A stretch of DNA of 32,000 nucleotides from Okeania sp. (GCF_035285525.1 NZ_JAYKGW010000210.1:30001-62000), one strand, 5' to 3'. Shown: positions 8,064 to 18,114, numbered from the stretch's first letter. Program-made: numbers and translations. Notes: generated by a model not told the origin, from the letters alone.

Positions 8064-8537
8064 TTATTTCTCAGTATCTATTTCACAAGCTCCAATACTT
8101 ACCCAACTACTCGATCCATCTGCCCAATGTTCTTTTTTCCAGATAGGGGCTGTATGTTTTAGGGTATCTATGGCATAACGACAGGCTGTAAAAGCTTCTG
8201 AGCGATGTGGACACCCAATGGCCACTAAGACGCTAATTTCACCAATTTTTAAACGTCCCACCCGATGATGAATTATGACTGTATTAACTTCTGGCCATTG
8301 ACAGCGTATTTCTGACGCAATTTGTTCAAATACTTTGATAGCCATAGGTTGATAGGATTGATATTCTAGAGCAACTACAGATTTACCGTCTGTTTGATTA
8401 CGAACCATTCCGCTCATTACTACTACGGCACCATTTGCAGGATTATCTGCTAAAGCGTAAATTTCTGCTATGGATAAAGGAGCTATGGTAATAGAAAAGT
8501 TGTTCTGTTCTTGTTTTGGTTTAGTAGATAAAGACAT
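8064..8537 (-). CDS. moaE: Molybdopterin synthase catalytic subunit MoaE
   Basis: 157 aa. GAVVVMSGMVRN...ALEYQSYQPMA...HHRVGRLKIGEISVLVAIGCPHRSEAF.ACRYAIDTLKHTAPIWKKE matches conserved MoaE blocks. Confidence 0.9.
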   Translation of the reverse strand: MSLSTKPKQEQNNFSITIAPLSIAEIYALADNPANGAVVVMSGMVRNQTDGKSVVALEYQSYQPMAIKVFEQIASEIRCQWPEVNTVIIHHRVGRLKIGEISVLVAIGCPHRSEAFTACRYAIDTLKHTAPIWKKEHWADGSSSWVSIGACEIDTEK

Positions 8538-8572
8538 AAATAATTAATAATTAATAATTGATAATTCAACAA

Positions 8573-8654
8573 CCAAGAAACCGGATTTATTGCTATGATA
8601 TTATTGTTCAAACTACGAAATTTATTCCATAAACCCGGTTTCTACGTAAGTCTT
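8573..8654. repeat. Family C repeat, second copy
   Basis: CCAAGAAACCGGATTTATTGCTATGATATTATTGTTCAAACTACGAAATTTATTCCATAAACCCGGTTTCTACGTAAGTCTT is colinear with 1097-1178. Confidence 0.55.
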
Positions 8655-8968
8655 ATTTTACAAGTATGGAAATTGCTATAATTGATAATTTATCAATTAA
8701 TCAACAGAAGTTTAAAGTCTCTCCTTTTAAGTGAATAATTGTTGATTAGAGATAGTTTTCATTATTCATTATCCATTAATTATAATTTCAGCAAATGAAA
8801 ACATTAATTAGATTAAAAATTGAGTGTTTTTGGGAAAATAAAATGGAATATTTTGTCGCTTTCGGCAAGAGTTCAGCAAAAAAATTACTCCCCATTTTCT
8901 CATCATCTTAATCTAATTAAATTAGAAATAACTTTCATTATCCATTATTAATTATTAATTATTAATTA

Positions 8969-9964
8969 TCAATTATCAATCTTTCCTCCTCCTAAAAGAT
9001 ATAATAAAGCCATTCTTACAGCAATACCACTGGTAACTTGTTGAGAAATTAAACTTAACTCTGGATCATCCATTAAATCAGAACTAATTTCTACCCCTCG
9101 GTTCACAGGTCCTGGATGTAATATTTTCACCCCTGGTTGACAAAATTTAAGGCGATCGCGTGTAATGCCAAATAATTGATGATATTCTCTTAAACTAGGT
9201 AATAAATGTTGATTCATTCTTTCTTTTTGCAGCCTTAAAGTCATTACAAAATCTGCCTTTTCTAATGCAGGTTCAATATTCCAATGTACAAATAATTTAC
9301 TAGGTCTATTATTACCTAATTCAGCAAAATATTTAGGCAATAAACTAGGAGGTCCTGCTAAATGTAATTCGGCACCAGAAGCGGTTAAACTCCAAATATT
9401 AGATCGTGCTACTCTAGAGTGAAGAATATCCCCCACAATAGCAATCTTTTTTCCTTCTAAAAGTTCTATTCTCGGTTCAGTTGAATTTAACAATTTACAA
9501 ATAGTAAATAAGTCCAGTAAACCTTGAGAAGGATGTTCGTGTTGACCATCTCCAGCATTAAGCACTCGGACTCGATGACCATTTCGATCCATTGCAGAAG
9601 CGATCGCTGCGGGAACTCCAGAATCTCGATGTCGGATGACCATCATATCTGTTCCCATTGCCAGATAAGTCATTGCTGTATCTAGAATGGTTTCTCCCTT
9701 GGTCAGAGAGGAAGTTCCTGGGGCAAAATTTAGGGTATCTGCGGATAAACGTTTAGCAGCTAATTCAAAACTATTACGGGTGCGGGTTGAGGGTTCAAAG
9801 AATAAATTGGCTACGACTTGACCTTGCAATGCAGGTACTTTTTTGGTTCGGCGACCTAGAACTTCTTGAAAACTACCTGCTGTTTGTAATATAATATTAT
9901 ATTCGGTCGTTGTAAATTCTGCTAGAGAAAGAATATGATGACGAGTCCAAGAATTTGTAGACAT
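8969..9964 (-). CDS. pyrB: Aspartate carbamoyltransferase catalytic subunit
   Basis: 331 aa with [22 protein letters not shown] (carbamoyl-phosphate site STRTR), [10 protein letters not shown] and HPGPVNRG. Confidence 0.95.
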   Translation of the reverse strand: MSTNSWTRHHILSLAEFTTTEYNIILQTAGSFQEVLGRRTKKVPALQGQVVANLFFEPSTRTRNSFELAAKRLSADTLNFAPGTSSLTKGETILDTAMTYLAMGTDMMVIRHRDSGVPAAIASAMDRNGHRVRVLNAGDGQHEHPSQGLLDLFTICKLLNSTEPRIELLEGKKIAIVGDILHSRVARSNIWSLTASGAELHLAGPPSLLPKYFAELGNNRPSKLFVHWNIEPALEKADFVMTLRLQKERMNQHLLPSLREYHQLFGITRDRLKFCQPGVKILHPGPVNRGVEISSDLMDDPELSLISQQVTSGIAVRMALLYLLGGGKIDN

Positions 9965-10010
9965 TTGTGATTGAATTTTTGTCTAAGTATTATTACAGAA
10001 TTTATGTAGG

Positions 10011-10245
10011 TTATTTCAGTTATCAGTTATCAGTTATCAGTAGAAAGTGAACCTCCGAGTTTAGTTAGAGGCTTGAAATACTGAAGTTAAATATTTCTCT
10101 TGGTCGATTAGATATGGCTCTGTAAGAGCAGGAAACCTGTCCCTCCGAGACGCTGCGCGACATATAAAGCGGAGTTTTGGGTCAGCAAAACGACCGCTTT
10201 TTCATCCCCTGAAAAGGGGACGCTTTAGACCTGATTTTTTGGTAA
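10011..10245. mobile_element. Composite D/E element with a different nested insertion
   Basis: STRR (CAGTTAT x3) plus GTGAACCTCCGAGTTTAGTTAGAGGCTTGAAATACT on the left, and TTTTCATCCCCTGAAAAGGGGACGCTTTAGACC on the right. They are separated by about 110 bp (TGGTCGATTAGATATGG...GCGCGACATATAAAGCGGAG) whose inverted relative lies at 16110-16315. Confidence 0.55.
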
Positions 10246-10359
10246 ACAAGAAATTGGGTTTATGGTGTATTCTATCTTAAGTTTTGTAACACAACCTGGA
10301 AGGTTGTTACACCCTTGAAGGCTGTGTTACCAATCATTACTAGCTTTGATCGATCTTAA

Positions 10360-11105
10360 ATGGATGTCCACACAATAGTCTTGATATTTTTATCATTTTT
10401 TTTGCAGCTTTTCTCAAGGGGGTTACAGGATTAAGTTTTTCTACCATAAGTTTGCCTACCCTGGCGATTTTTCTCGATCCGAAAATAACTATACCTTTAG
10501 TTATTGTGCCTTCTTTGTCTAGTAATTTTCTGGTGATGGTACAAGCTGGAAAGTTTCCAGATGCAGTTAGGAATTTTTGGCCTATTTATTTATCAACGTT
10601 CCCTGGGTTATTTCTGGGGGTATATGTTCTCAATTTTGTAGAGGGTAAAATTAGTCGAGCTATTCTGGGAGCTATTTTATTTCTCTATGTTCTCTGGACG
10701 TTGCGTTCAAAACTTATTATCCTTTCTGGGAAAATGAGGAAATGGTTAACTGTTCCAGTAGGATTGACAAGGGGAATAATCAATGGTATTAAAACAGGTT
10801 CTTAGATTATGCCTATTTTGCCATTTTTGCTGGCTTTAGACCTCAATAAAGAAATTTTTGTACAAGCGATTAATCTTTCTTTTACTCTTTCAAGTATAAT
10901 TATATTGTTTTTACTGAGTAAAATTGGATTGCTTGAACCATCTTTATTAGGTATTTCTGTGGTGGGTATTTTGCCAGTTGCTGTAGGTATTAATTTTGGT
11001 GGTAGATTGAGAAAAAGGTTGCCGGAGGATAAATTTCGGACAGTAGTTTTGTTGTTTTTATTGGTGCTTAGTTTCAGTTTGATTATGCGGTCTATTGATA
11101 ATTAA
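10360..11105 (+). pseudogene. Sulfite exporter TauE/SafE family permease, disrupted (frameshift + in-frame TAG)
   Basis: ATG at 10360 gives MDVHTIVLIFLSFF, then stops at 10432. The family-typical FFAAFLKGVTGLSFSTISLPTLAIFL continues in another frame after a T8 run (10396-10403). A TAG at 10803-10805 separates ...INGIKTGS from IMPILPFLLALDLNKEIFVQAINLSF, which reads as one continuous TauE sequence. Confidence 0.75.
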
Positions 11106-11149
11106 TCATTAGAAATTAAGTAGATTTAGGCATTAAATTTAGAACAAAT

Positions 11150-11242
11150 AGGACTAAAGCCATGAGGTAGGAAAAATAGGGGTTTGAGATTGCTTCGCTT
11201 CAGTCATATCGGAGGAAAATACGTTGCAGTTGCGTAAGTCCT
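11150..11242. mobile_element. MITE-like element, family F
   Basis: AGGACTAAAGCC...GGGGTTTGAGATTGCTTCGCTTC...TTGCGTAAGTCCT. It is related to 2616-2728, and another left end AGGACTTACGCA lies at 11283. Confidence 0.5.
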
Positions 11243-11831
11243 ATAAATAATATTACACAAAAAAAAATTAGTTAATTTACCCAGGACTTACGCAAAGGTA
11301 CTATATATAATATATAGTTAAAAAACTATTGCGTATGGGGTTTTAAGAACTATATACAGGTTCGCTGCTTCAGCAATTAATAATGAACAATTAACTATTA
11401 ATTATTAGGTAATTTCTGTTAGGATTAAACTTTGAATAACATAAATATCTGGTTGCATAGTTCTCCCTATTGACGAAGCGGAAGCAATCTTCTAAAACCC
11501 TAAAATTGCTCGATCCTAAGGTTTTACCGCTCCCAAGGACTTCGATATAGTAATTGCCCGGTTTTATATAAATTGTTGCCATTCCCAAATATCTAGGTTA
11601 TATTAAGAATACATCTAATAATAAATATGGTTTAGAAGGTAGATTGACTGTAAAGATAAGCTAGAGAGCATCCTTCATACTACTCTTGGAAAAGGTGGAG
11701 GCAGAAGGATTAGAGAGAAAGAGTGAAAAATCACCTTTTGATAACTAGATTTGGTGTGAAAGAGTTAATTGCAGAGTATTAACTTAATACGAAGACTAAA
11801 CGCATAATTTAAAAATGGGGCATTAACCATT

Positions 11832-12572
11832 ATGGTCAACAATCAAGTAAGCTCAAAAAAATTTTTAAACTTTTTGCTGTCATAGACAGCAAAAAGTTTA
11901 ACTACTGCTATAGCAATCACTACAATAACAGCCGTATCTGAGGCTAAAGCTGCTACTATCACTAACGGATTCACATTTTCTGTTGCTAGCGGATCCGACC
12001 AGTCTATAGGAAATCACTTTCACTCTTCGACTGGTGGTCAATTTGGTAACCCTGCTGGAAAAGCTGAAGTTGGTAATTTTTTCAGTGAAGAAGTTCGTGG
12101 ACTTTCAGAATACAATTTGGCTGGTTTGAGTACATCAAGTTCAGCTTTTGTAACTTTTGATGTATTCAATGATGGAGGATTGTTCTCTGGGGCGAATGAC
12201 TTTTCTTTTCTAGGAGATATTAATATTGTAGCCTATCAAGGTAACAATTTTGAGAATATTTATGATTATCAAGCTACGTCTATCGGAACTGTTGGTACGT
12301 TCAATACAGCAGGTCTTTCTGTAGGAGATACTTTGAGTTTCGACATTACTTCAATTTTCAATGATGCTATCTCCAATGGGTGGTCTTCTTTAGGGATTCG
12401 TTTAGAAAGTGCGACAAATCCACAAGGAGCAGCTTGGACTTTCGATAATTTCCACCTTACCAATGATAATCAAAGTACAAATCTATCGGAGACTGTCCCC
12501 GAACCAACTTCAGTTTTAGGTTTATTAGCTGTTGGTGCTGTTGGTGTTGGTTCCATGTTAAAGCGCAAATAG
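11832..12572 (+). pseudogene. PEP-CTERM sorting-domain secreted protein with an in-frame stop in the signal peptide
   Basis: ATG 11832 gives MVNNQVSSKKFLNFLLS, then TAG (11883-11885). The same frame continues TAKSLTTAIAITTITAVSEAKA... into the 12117-12572 ORF. The C-terminus VPEPTSVLGLLAVGAVGVGSMLKRK is a PEP-CTERM motif. No ATG lies between the stop and the mature region. Confidence 0.6.
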
Positions 12573-12602
12573 AATTACTAAAGTTATAAATATTAGTTGA
12601 AA

Positions 12603-12640
12603 GCGATCGCTATTTAGTTTCAAGAGCGATCACTTTTTTT
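12603..12640 (+). terminator. Rho-independent terminator candidate after the PEP-CTERM gene
   Basis: GCGATCGCT (12603-12611) pairs with AGCGATCAC (12625-12633) at 8 of 9 positions and is followed by T7 (12634-12640). Confidence 0.55.
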
Positions 12641-12856
12641 AATAGGCAATATCTTTCTTCTTCCTTGTTTATACAATACCAATACTACCGGATAGGATAT
12701 TATATCAAACCTGCTGGCTTTAGAGAATAAAGTTCTACCATCAGAAAAGAGCAAAAACTCCTATTTGGTAGATGGTAGGGTTCTCGAAAAATTGGAGACC
12801 AAACCCCTACGGAGCATTAATTCTACCAATACTATCAGACAAGACATTACTTCTAA

Positions 12857-13573
12857 CTAGCGTAAGGAAAAATTAGAACGCAATCTTAAATTCAAATCAT
12901 CTTCAGGATAAATCACAAATACCTCTGCTTTATCCTTACCCACGAACACTCCACCCAAAGCACCTAACCCAGCACCTATCAATAACCGTTCCACCTCTAG
13001 AAGATTATCCCCAAGAATACCAGACAATAAACTAGCAGCAGCACTACCCACAGCAGCACCCTTCAAAATATCTCCAGCACTAGCACCCTTTGTTATTTCT
13101 TCAGTCTCAGTAATTACCCTAGAAATAGCATTAATTGGAAATCGGCGATCGCCAATAATTAATTGTTCACCAAAAAATTGAGTACCATTAGAAACAGGTC
13201 GTAGTTCACCTTCTATCTCACTACCAGCCGGTATTACCACTCTTCCTTGAGAATCTCGAATATCTCGACTCACTTTCAGTCTTAACTCCATAGACTCATC
13301 TGGAGTTACCACAATCTTTTCTGCTTTCTCATATTCTATAGGGATAATTCTTCCTGCTGGTATTTCTGCTACAGAAAATTGTCTTTGTTGGTTACTAGGA
13401 ACTCCTCGTTGAGGAACTCCTCGTTGAGGGACTTGTCGTTGTGAGTAAAATTGAGCCATTGCTTGATTTGACATTAAACCTGGAGTTCCTGTACCTAATG
13501 TCATGCCTAGACTTAATAATAAAGATGTGCCAAAACGGTATTTTTTTGAATTAAACATAATTATTTCCTCCAA
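12857..13573 (-). CDS. Secreted hypothetical protein with C-terminal Gly/Ala-rich (glycine-zipper-like) segment
   Basis: 238-aa ORF (the start may be M6 at 13558). It has a signal-like N-terminus, a QRGVPQRGVP tandem motif and GAAVGSAAASLLSGILG...GAGLGALGGVFVG. It sits 40 nt downstream of the kinase-like gene on the same strand. Confidence 0.6.
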   Translation of the reverse strand: MEEIIMFNSKKYRFGTSLLLSLGMTLGTGTPGLMSNQAMAQFYSQRQVPQRGVPQRGVPSNQQRQFSVAEIPAGRIIPIEYEKAEKIVVTPDESMELRLKVSRDIRDSQGRVVIPAGSEIEGELRPVSNGTQFFGEQLIIGDRRFPINAISRVITETEEITKGASAGDILKGAAVGSAAASLLSGILGDNLLEVERLLIGAGLGALGGVFVGKDKAEVFVIYPEDDLNLRLRSNFSLR

Positions 13574-13612
13574 TATTGGTTATAAGTTATTAATAAGTTC
13601 TCCTAAATTTTT

Positions 13613-14614
13613 TTAGTGAGAGGTAACTTTTGAATTTTGAATTTTGAATTTTGAATTTATATCCTCTACAGCTTTTAAAGCTAAAAGTGCAGCACCATAA
13701 ACAGGTTGATGTCGTGGCCAAATAACTTGAGCAGTAGGAGCGATCGCCGTGATAGAATTTTCAAACCAACTGCGAAAGTTTTCCATACCCCTCCAGACAC
13801 TTCCAATAGTAACTACTTCAAAAATTTCGTGAGGCTGAAATAAGGTAGATATGACAATTTTTGTAGCTTTACTTAACTCCTCGATAGCACCTTGAATAAT
13901 TTTTTTAGCTACCTTATCTTCCTTATTTGCTGCGGCAAAGACAATAGGAGCAAGTGTGGCTACATCTTTTGCATTCCATCCACGGCGATAGACTATTTCT
14001 ATTAGGCCCTCAATATTTTTCAGACCCAGATATGTTTGAAAGTCTGTAATTAAGGTAGTGGGGGATTCACGCCCATCATAACTTTTCAAAGCTGCTTGTA
14101 AACCTTGAATAGCTATATTATAGCCACCCCCTTCATCTCCCAACAGATAACCCCAACCACCAACCCGTTTAGTTAAGCCTTGATTATTCTGGCCAAATAT
14201 TAGGGAACCTGTACCTGCCATGACCACGACACCCACAGCATCTCCAATACCTCCTACCAAAGCGATATTACTGTCACTACAAATAATAGTAGTATGAGTT
14301 TGTAAATCCCATTTTATCGGCAAATTAGTAATAATTTCTTGGATGAATTTTTCTGCTACTATAAAATCTTCAGCTCTGCCTACTCCTGCTAAACCAAGAC
14401 AAATTCCAGAGATTGGTTGATGGCTATTACTATTAATAACGGCTTGAATAATAGCGCTTTGAATCGAATTTTTAGCGACTTCAATTCCGACACTCTGATA
14501 ATTTGACGGACCGCTTTTACCACTACCAAGAATTTGATAATTTTCATCCATTAAAACGGCTTCGGTTTTGGTTCCCCCGCCATCAATTCCTAAAACATTT
14601 ATTTTTTTCATCAT
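13613..14614 (-). CDS. BadF/BadG/BcrA/BcrD-type ATPase (N-acetylglucosamine kinase-like)
   Basis: 333 aa. The N-terminal GIDGGGTKT phosphate-1 motif, then AGTGS and GGWGYLLGDEGGG, are typical of the ASKHA-fold GlcNAc-kinase/BadF family. Confidence 0.85.
   Translation of the reverse strand: MMKKINVLGIDGGGTKTEAVLMDENYQILGSGKSGPSNYQSVGIEVAKNSIQSAIIQAVINSNSHQPISGICLGLAGVGRAEDFIVAEKFIQEIITNLPIKWDLQTHTTIICSDSNIALVGGIGDAVGVVVMAGTGSLIFGQNNQGLTKRVGGWGYLLGDEGGGYNIAIQGLQAALKSYDGRESPTTLITDFQTYLGLKNIEGLIEIVYRRGWNAKDVATLAPIVFAAANKEDKVAKKIIQGAIEELSKATKIVISTLFQPHEIFEVVTIGSVWRGMENFRSWFENSITAIAPTAQVIWPRHQPVYGAALLALKAVEDINSKFKIQNSKVTSH
13628..13655. repeat. STRR heptamer TTTTGAA x4 inside the 3' end of the kinase-like CDS
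   Basis: Four perfect tandem copies encode the ...NSKFKIQNSK... tail of the protein on the minus strand. Confidence 0.8.
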
Positions 14615-14672
14615 TAGAAAAACACAATTATTTTGTCTGTAATAACTTTACACTGTATTTATAGAAATAGGG

Positions 14673-14810
14673 TTATTTCAGTTATTAGTTATCAGTAGAG
14701 AGCGAACCTCTGACTAAAGTCGGATGTTTGAAAGACTGATTTATCGGGAACCGTGTTAAAATTTTTTCATCCCCTTAAAAGAGGAGGCTTTATACCTCTT
14801 TTTTTTGGCA
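14673..14810. mobile_element. D/E element, uninterrupted form
   Basis: TTATTTCAGTTATTAGTTATCAGTAGAGAGCGAACCTCTGACTAAAGTCGGATGTTTGAAAGACT followed directly by AAAATTTTTTCATCCCCTTAAAAGAGGAGGCTTTATACCTCTTTTTTTTGG. Confidence 0.55.
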
Positions 14811-14988
14811 AGCAATTAACAATTAAAAATTAATAATTAGTAATTACTCCTTTTTCAAAGAAGGGGATTTACTAAAAGGATTTTTTTATTTATATCCTTA
14901 AAAGGGGAGGCTTAAAGACGCGAATTATTGAATGAATAATTATTGACTATAAACTTTTAATTATTAATTATTAACTATTAATTGTTTG

Positions 14989-15190
14989 GTAAGCATTTAG
15001 TTATTAGCACCTCAGCTATCAGCAATAAGAACCTGTACTTAAATACTGAGTTTAAATGAGTATATATTTTTTATAGTAATATTTTTAGTTTCTCAATTAA
15101 ATATTACTTTTATCACTCACTAAAATCAATAGCTTAATTGCGCAGTTTCGACCCAGGATGCTAGCTAATAACTAACGGCTGAATACTTAC
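14989..15190. mobile_element. MITE-like element, family A
   Basis: GTAAGCATTTAGTTATTAGCACCTCAGCTATCAGC ... GCTAGCTAATAACTAACGGCTGAATACTTAC. Confidence 0.6.
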
Positions 15191-15340
15191 GAAATATGAA
15201 AAAATTTCACAAGAAAATAAGGTATCAAAATAACTATTAATTGAAATTAAATATAACTATCTTTGCCAGAAATAAATTACCACAAATAGTCAGGATAAAT
15301 TATATCTAACTCTCAAATTTCAAAATTAAGAGATTTTTTA

Positions 15341-16005
15341 GTGAATAAAATCCTAGGAAATAACAAGAAACATATTAAATCAGATTTAAGCAACCTAGAA
15401 ATATTTGCCAAATCTCGACTGCCCCTTTCAGGAGCATTTTATAGAAAATTTACTCAATAAAATTATTTCACAAATCGACATTAAACCCAATCTTAAATAT
15501 TTAGAGTTTGCCATCGGTACTGGCAATTTTATTCTGATATTAGTTAAACAATTACTAACTAAATTTAATTTTGATTATATAGATGAGATATTAAATTCAA
15601 TCTATGGATTCTAGCTAGATTGGGCAGCACTATAAATTTGTAAAATTAGGTTTTTATTAGAATTAGATAATTTTTTTAAGATTGATATTTCTACTTATCA
15701 AAACCTAAGTTTTTATCAGATTGATTTTACTGTCAAAACTGCACAAGGATTTTACTTTATCAATGATTTTCACATTATTTATAAAGATTCAAGCCCAATC
15801 ATAAATCTTAAAAAAAAGAGCTAAAGTTTGATTATATTTTCGGGAATCTATCTGAGTGAATCTCGATTTTAAATAAAGCCAAAAACTCACTGCTTTTAGG
15901 GAACACTTAACCGGGAAAAAGTATTTTGGCAAATATGAGATGCACCCTGAATTTTGTCATTACATTAAATATGATTATGAATTACAACTTCGACTTAGCG
16001 AATAA
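15341..16005 (+). pseudogene. Decayed N6-adenine DNA methyltransferase (Eco57I / type IIG-like) remnant
   Basis: SAM-binding motif I-like LEFAIGTGNFIL (15501-15530) and IYGF*LDWAAL*ICKIRFLLEL with two in-frame stops. Motif IV-like KFDYIFGN lies in another frame (15827-15847), where NPPY/W has decayed to NLSE*. There are at least three frame changes. Possible C-terminal debris continues after a repeat insertion up to about 16745 (LPFWLDEKSLFLEKVISINPIDRSKIDLLIYQ*). Confidence 0.5.
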
Positions 16006-16109
16006 ATTAGAGTGAGATTGGAAAAAGAAGAAATTAAAAATAAAAAGTGCATTGGTTTAGGTCAAGTGGAAATTTACCGAAATAATTAATAATTAAACAA
16101 TTAAATAAT

Positions 16110-16315
16110 TCGCGCCTGGAACCCTCCCCTTCGATAGGGGAAAAAGTCGTCGTTTTTGCGCTTCGCTTTATATGTCGCGCAGCGAAACGGCGCTTGAGCC
16201 GACATGGAAAGTGCACCATTCCCTATACGAAAACGCTGCGCGACATGGAAAGCGGAGCTTCCCGTAGGGTGAGATGGATGGTTCCCTAATCATATCTAAT
16301 CGACCAAGAAAAATA
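16110..16315. repeat. GC-richer dispersed repeat (inverted relative of the insert at 10086-10196)
   Basis: Contains two GCGCGACAT..AAAGCGGAG-type units and ends CCCTAATCATATCTAATCGACCAAGAAAAAT, the reverse complement of ATTTCTCTTGGTCGATTAGATATGG at 10093. Confidence 0.5.
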
Positions 16316-17709
16316 AATTTTTTCCTTAAGCGCCAATCCTCTCCCTAAAAGTGAGAGGTAATTATCCATTATCAATTAATGAATGATCGCCTAAAATTTT
16401 TATTCCGCAATCCAGCGATCGCTTAATTGCTAAATTTACTAATGAAAATTTTATGCCAAATAATAGTTTATATGCATTAACTTCTCTTTATTCTAATTTC
16501 AGAAAGGAAAACTGGGAAAATATTTTAATTTATACGGAACGCTTACTAAAGTCGAAATTATATTTATATCTAGATTATCAAATTAATATTATTAGAAAAA
16601 ATCCCAAGCAGCAACCTCAAAATCAAAATCAGCGATTTAAAAAGATTACCTTTTTGGTTGGATGAAAAAAGTTTATTTCTTGAGAAAGTAATTAGTATTA
16701 ATCCCATAGATAGAAGTAAAATTGATTTACTGATTTACCAATAACTAAAATTTACCAATCAATAAATTAGCCAGATAGAGTCTTTCTCACTTCTTGTTCA
16801 ACATCATCAAACTAAAATGATAACTAATAATTAATAACTTATTTCGGAGAACCTGCAACTTCAATAATTGTTTCTTGTTGCTGTGCTATCTCAACAAATT
16901 TGTCTTCTAAAACATTACTTATTTCTACCCTAGATCTAAATACTTCCCTAATAGTTAAAGTAGGATTTTCTAGAATTTTTTCTGAAAAATTACCTCAATT
17001 CAACTAATAATCTTTTCCTCTTTTTCCTGCAATTTCATATTGATAAAAACTTCGATTATAAAAATTCCTGAATAGATTCTTACTTAGCATTCAATTGTTT
17101 CATTTATTCAACTTTATCTTTTTTAGCGTAAAACTTCGGAAATACAAATAATGGTTTTTATATTTTCTGATATTATAGTTTTATTGATTTATCTTTGTTC
17201 TAATTTTCTGGAACTATTTCTAACAAGATTATCAAATAAGAACTTATATATTTCAACAGAAAAATATTAATTTTCTGACAACCGATAACTGATAACTGAA
17301 ATGACTCTTTTTTCCTTTTTATAAGATTATAAAATAACTATACATTAATCAAACTTATACTTAATCAATCAACCTATTTAAAATTTAAACTGATTTTTGC
17401 AAAAAAAGTTGAAATGAGATATTTAGGGCCAAATTTTCGGGAAAAATGGCGATTTTGCGCCTGTATTAACAATCTTTTCAGAAACGCTACAAGTCTTCAT
17501 ATGCAATAAATACAGGATTTTTGCTTCCTAGCTAATTTTGATGTATATTAATAACAAGTCTGTCGCTCTGCGCAGGTGCTTATTAAAATGAAAAAGAGCA
17601 TTAGGGAGTAGGAGTGCGATCGCATCAGCAAAACATAATTTTATCCGACAATGGTATTAATTAAGATTGATAATGTTTCCTACCATTTCATATCTGATAA
17701 AAATTTTGA

Positions 17710-17938
17710 CTGTAGTAGACCGACACAGCTAAAATGGTGCATTAGGAAATCAGGAACTGTAGGGGCGGGTTTCATAGGTTAGTTAACGAGTTTTCATGCT
17801 TCTGTCAGCTAAACCCGCTCCCCACAATATAAGTCACCGTCCCAGGGGCGGGTTTATATAAATCTTAGAGTAAGCATGAAAATCTCCTCATAAACCCGCC
17901 CCTAGTATTGCACTATTTAAGGCGTGTCAGTCCAGTAG
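17710..17938. mobile_element. MITE-like element carrying two GGGGCGGGTTT / AAACCCGCCCC hairpin units
   Basis: The outer imperfect inverted repeats are CTGTAGTAGACCGACACAGCTAAAATGGTGCAT and ATTGCACTATTTAAGGCGTGTCAGTCCAGTAG. The inner pairs are GTAGGGGCGGGTTTCATA/CTAAACCCGCTCCCCAC and CAGGGGCGGGTTTATATA/CATAAACCCGCCCCTAG. Confidence 0.5.
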
Positions 17939-18010
17939 TTTGAGAAAGAATTGGTTAAAACTTAGACTGATGATAAATTTTAAACTAGGAAATATTTTTC
18001 CAACTATTGC

Positions 18011-18070
18011 CTCCATACCTGTTCCCTCCATACCTGTTCCCTCCATACCTGTTCCCTCCATACCTGTTCC
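18011..18070. repeat. Perfect 15-bp tandem repeat CTCCATACCTGTTCC x4
   Basis: Four identical head-to-tail copies. A diverged single copy lies at about 18234-18250. Confidence 0.9.
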
Positions 18071-18077
18071 CTGGCAT

Positions 18078-18114
18078 ATAAAAATTGCTGAATAAGCAAC
18101 AACACCTATTCAGC
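18078..18114 (-). terminator. Rho-independent terminator candidate about 140 nt downstream of the S1-homologue gene
   Basis: The minus strand reads GCTGAATAggtgttgttgctTATTCAGC (perfect 8-bp stem) followed by aaTTTTTa. Confidence 0.5.

Noticed and set aside
10286-10340. GTAACACAACC..GGTTGTTAC inverted repeat upstream of the TauE pseudogene as an NtcA-type (GTA-N8-TAC) site
   Set aside because: The spacing between GTA and TAC is 19 nt, not 8. It is more likely a small hairpin repeat, and the downstream gene is dead anyway.
11391-11588. 65-aa minus-strand ORF
   Set aside because: It lies within family-F-related repeat DNA (GAAGCGGAAGCAATCTTCTAAAACCC core) and has no recognisable domain.
12269-12463. 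64-aa ORF antisense to the PEP-CTERM gene
   Set aside because: It is fully embedded antisense in a better-supported coding frame.
16034-16665. ORFs 16034-16219 (-) and 16453-16665 (+)
   Set aside because: The first is read from the GC-rich dispersed repeat. The second is low-complexity (QQPQNQNQ) and fits better as debris of the decayed methylase/R-M locus than as a gene.
16843-17035. Possible small minus-strand gene (MKLQEKEEKIIS* then ..NFSEKILENPTLTIREVFRSRVEISNVLEDKFVEIAQQQETIIEVAGSPK*)
   Set aside because: The two parts are in different frames with several stops between them, and the longer part has no start codon. At best it is another pseudogene, and I cannot assign a family.
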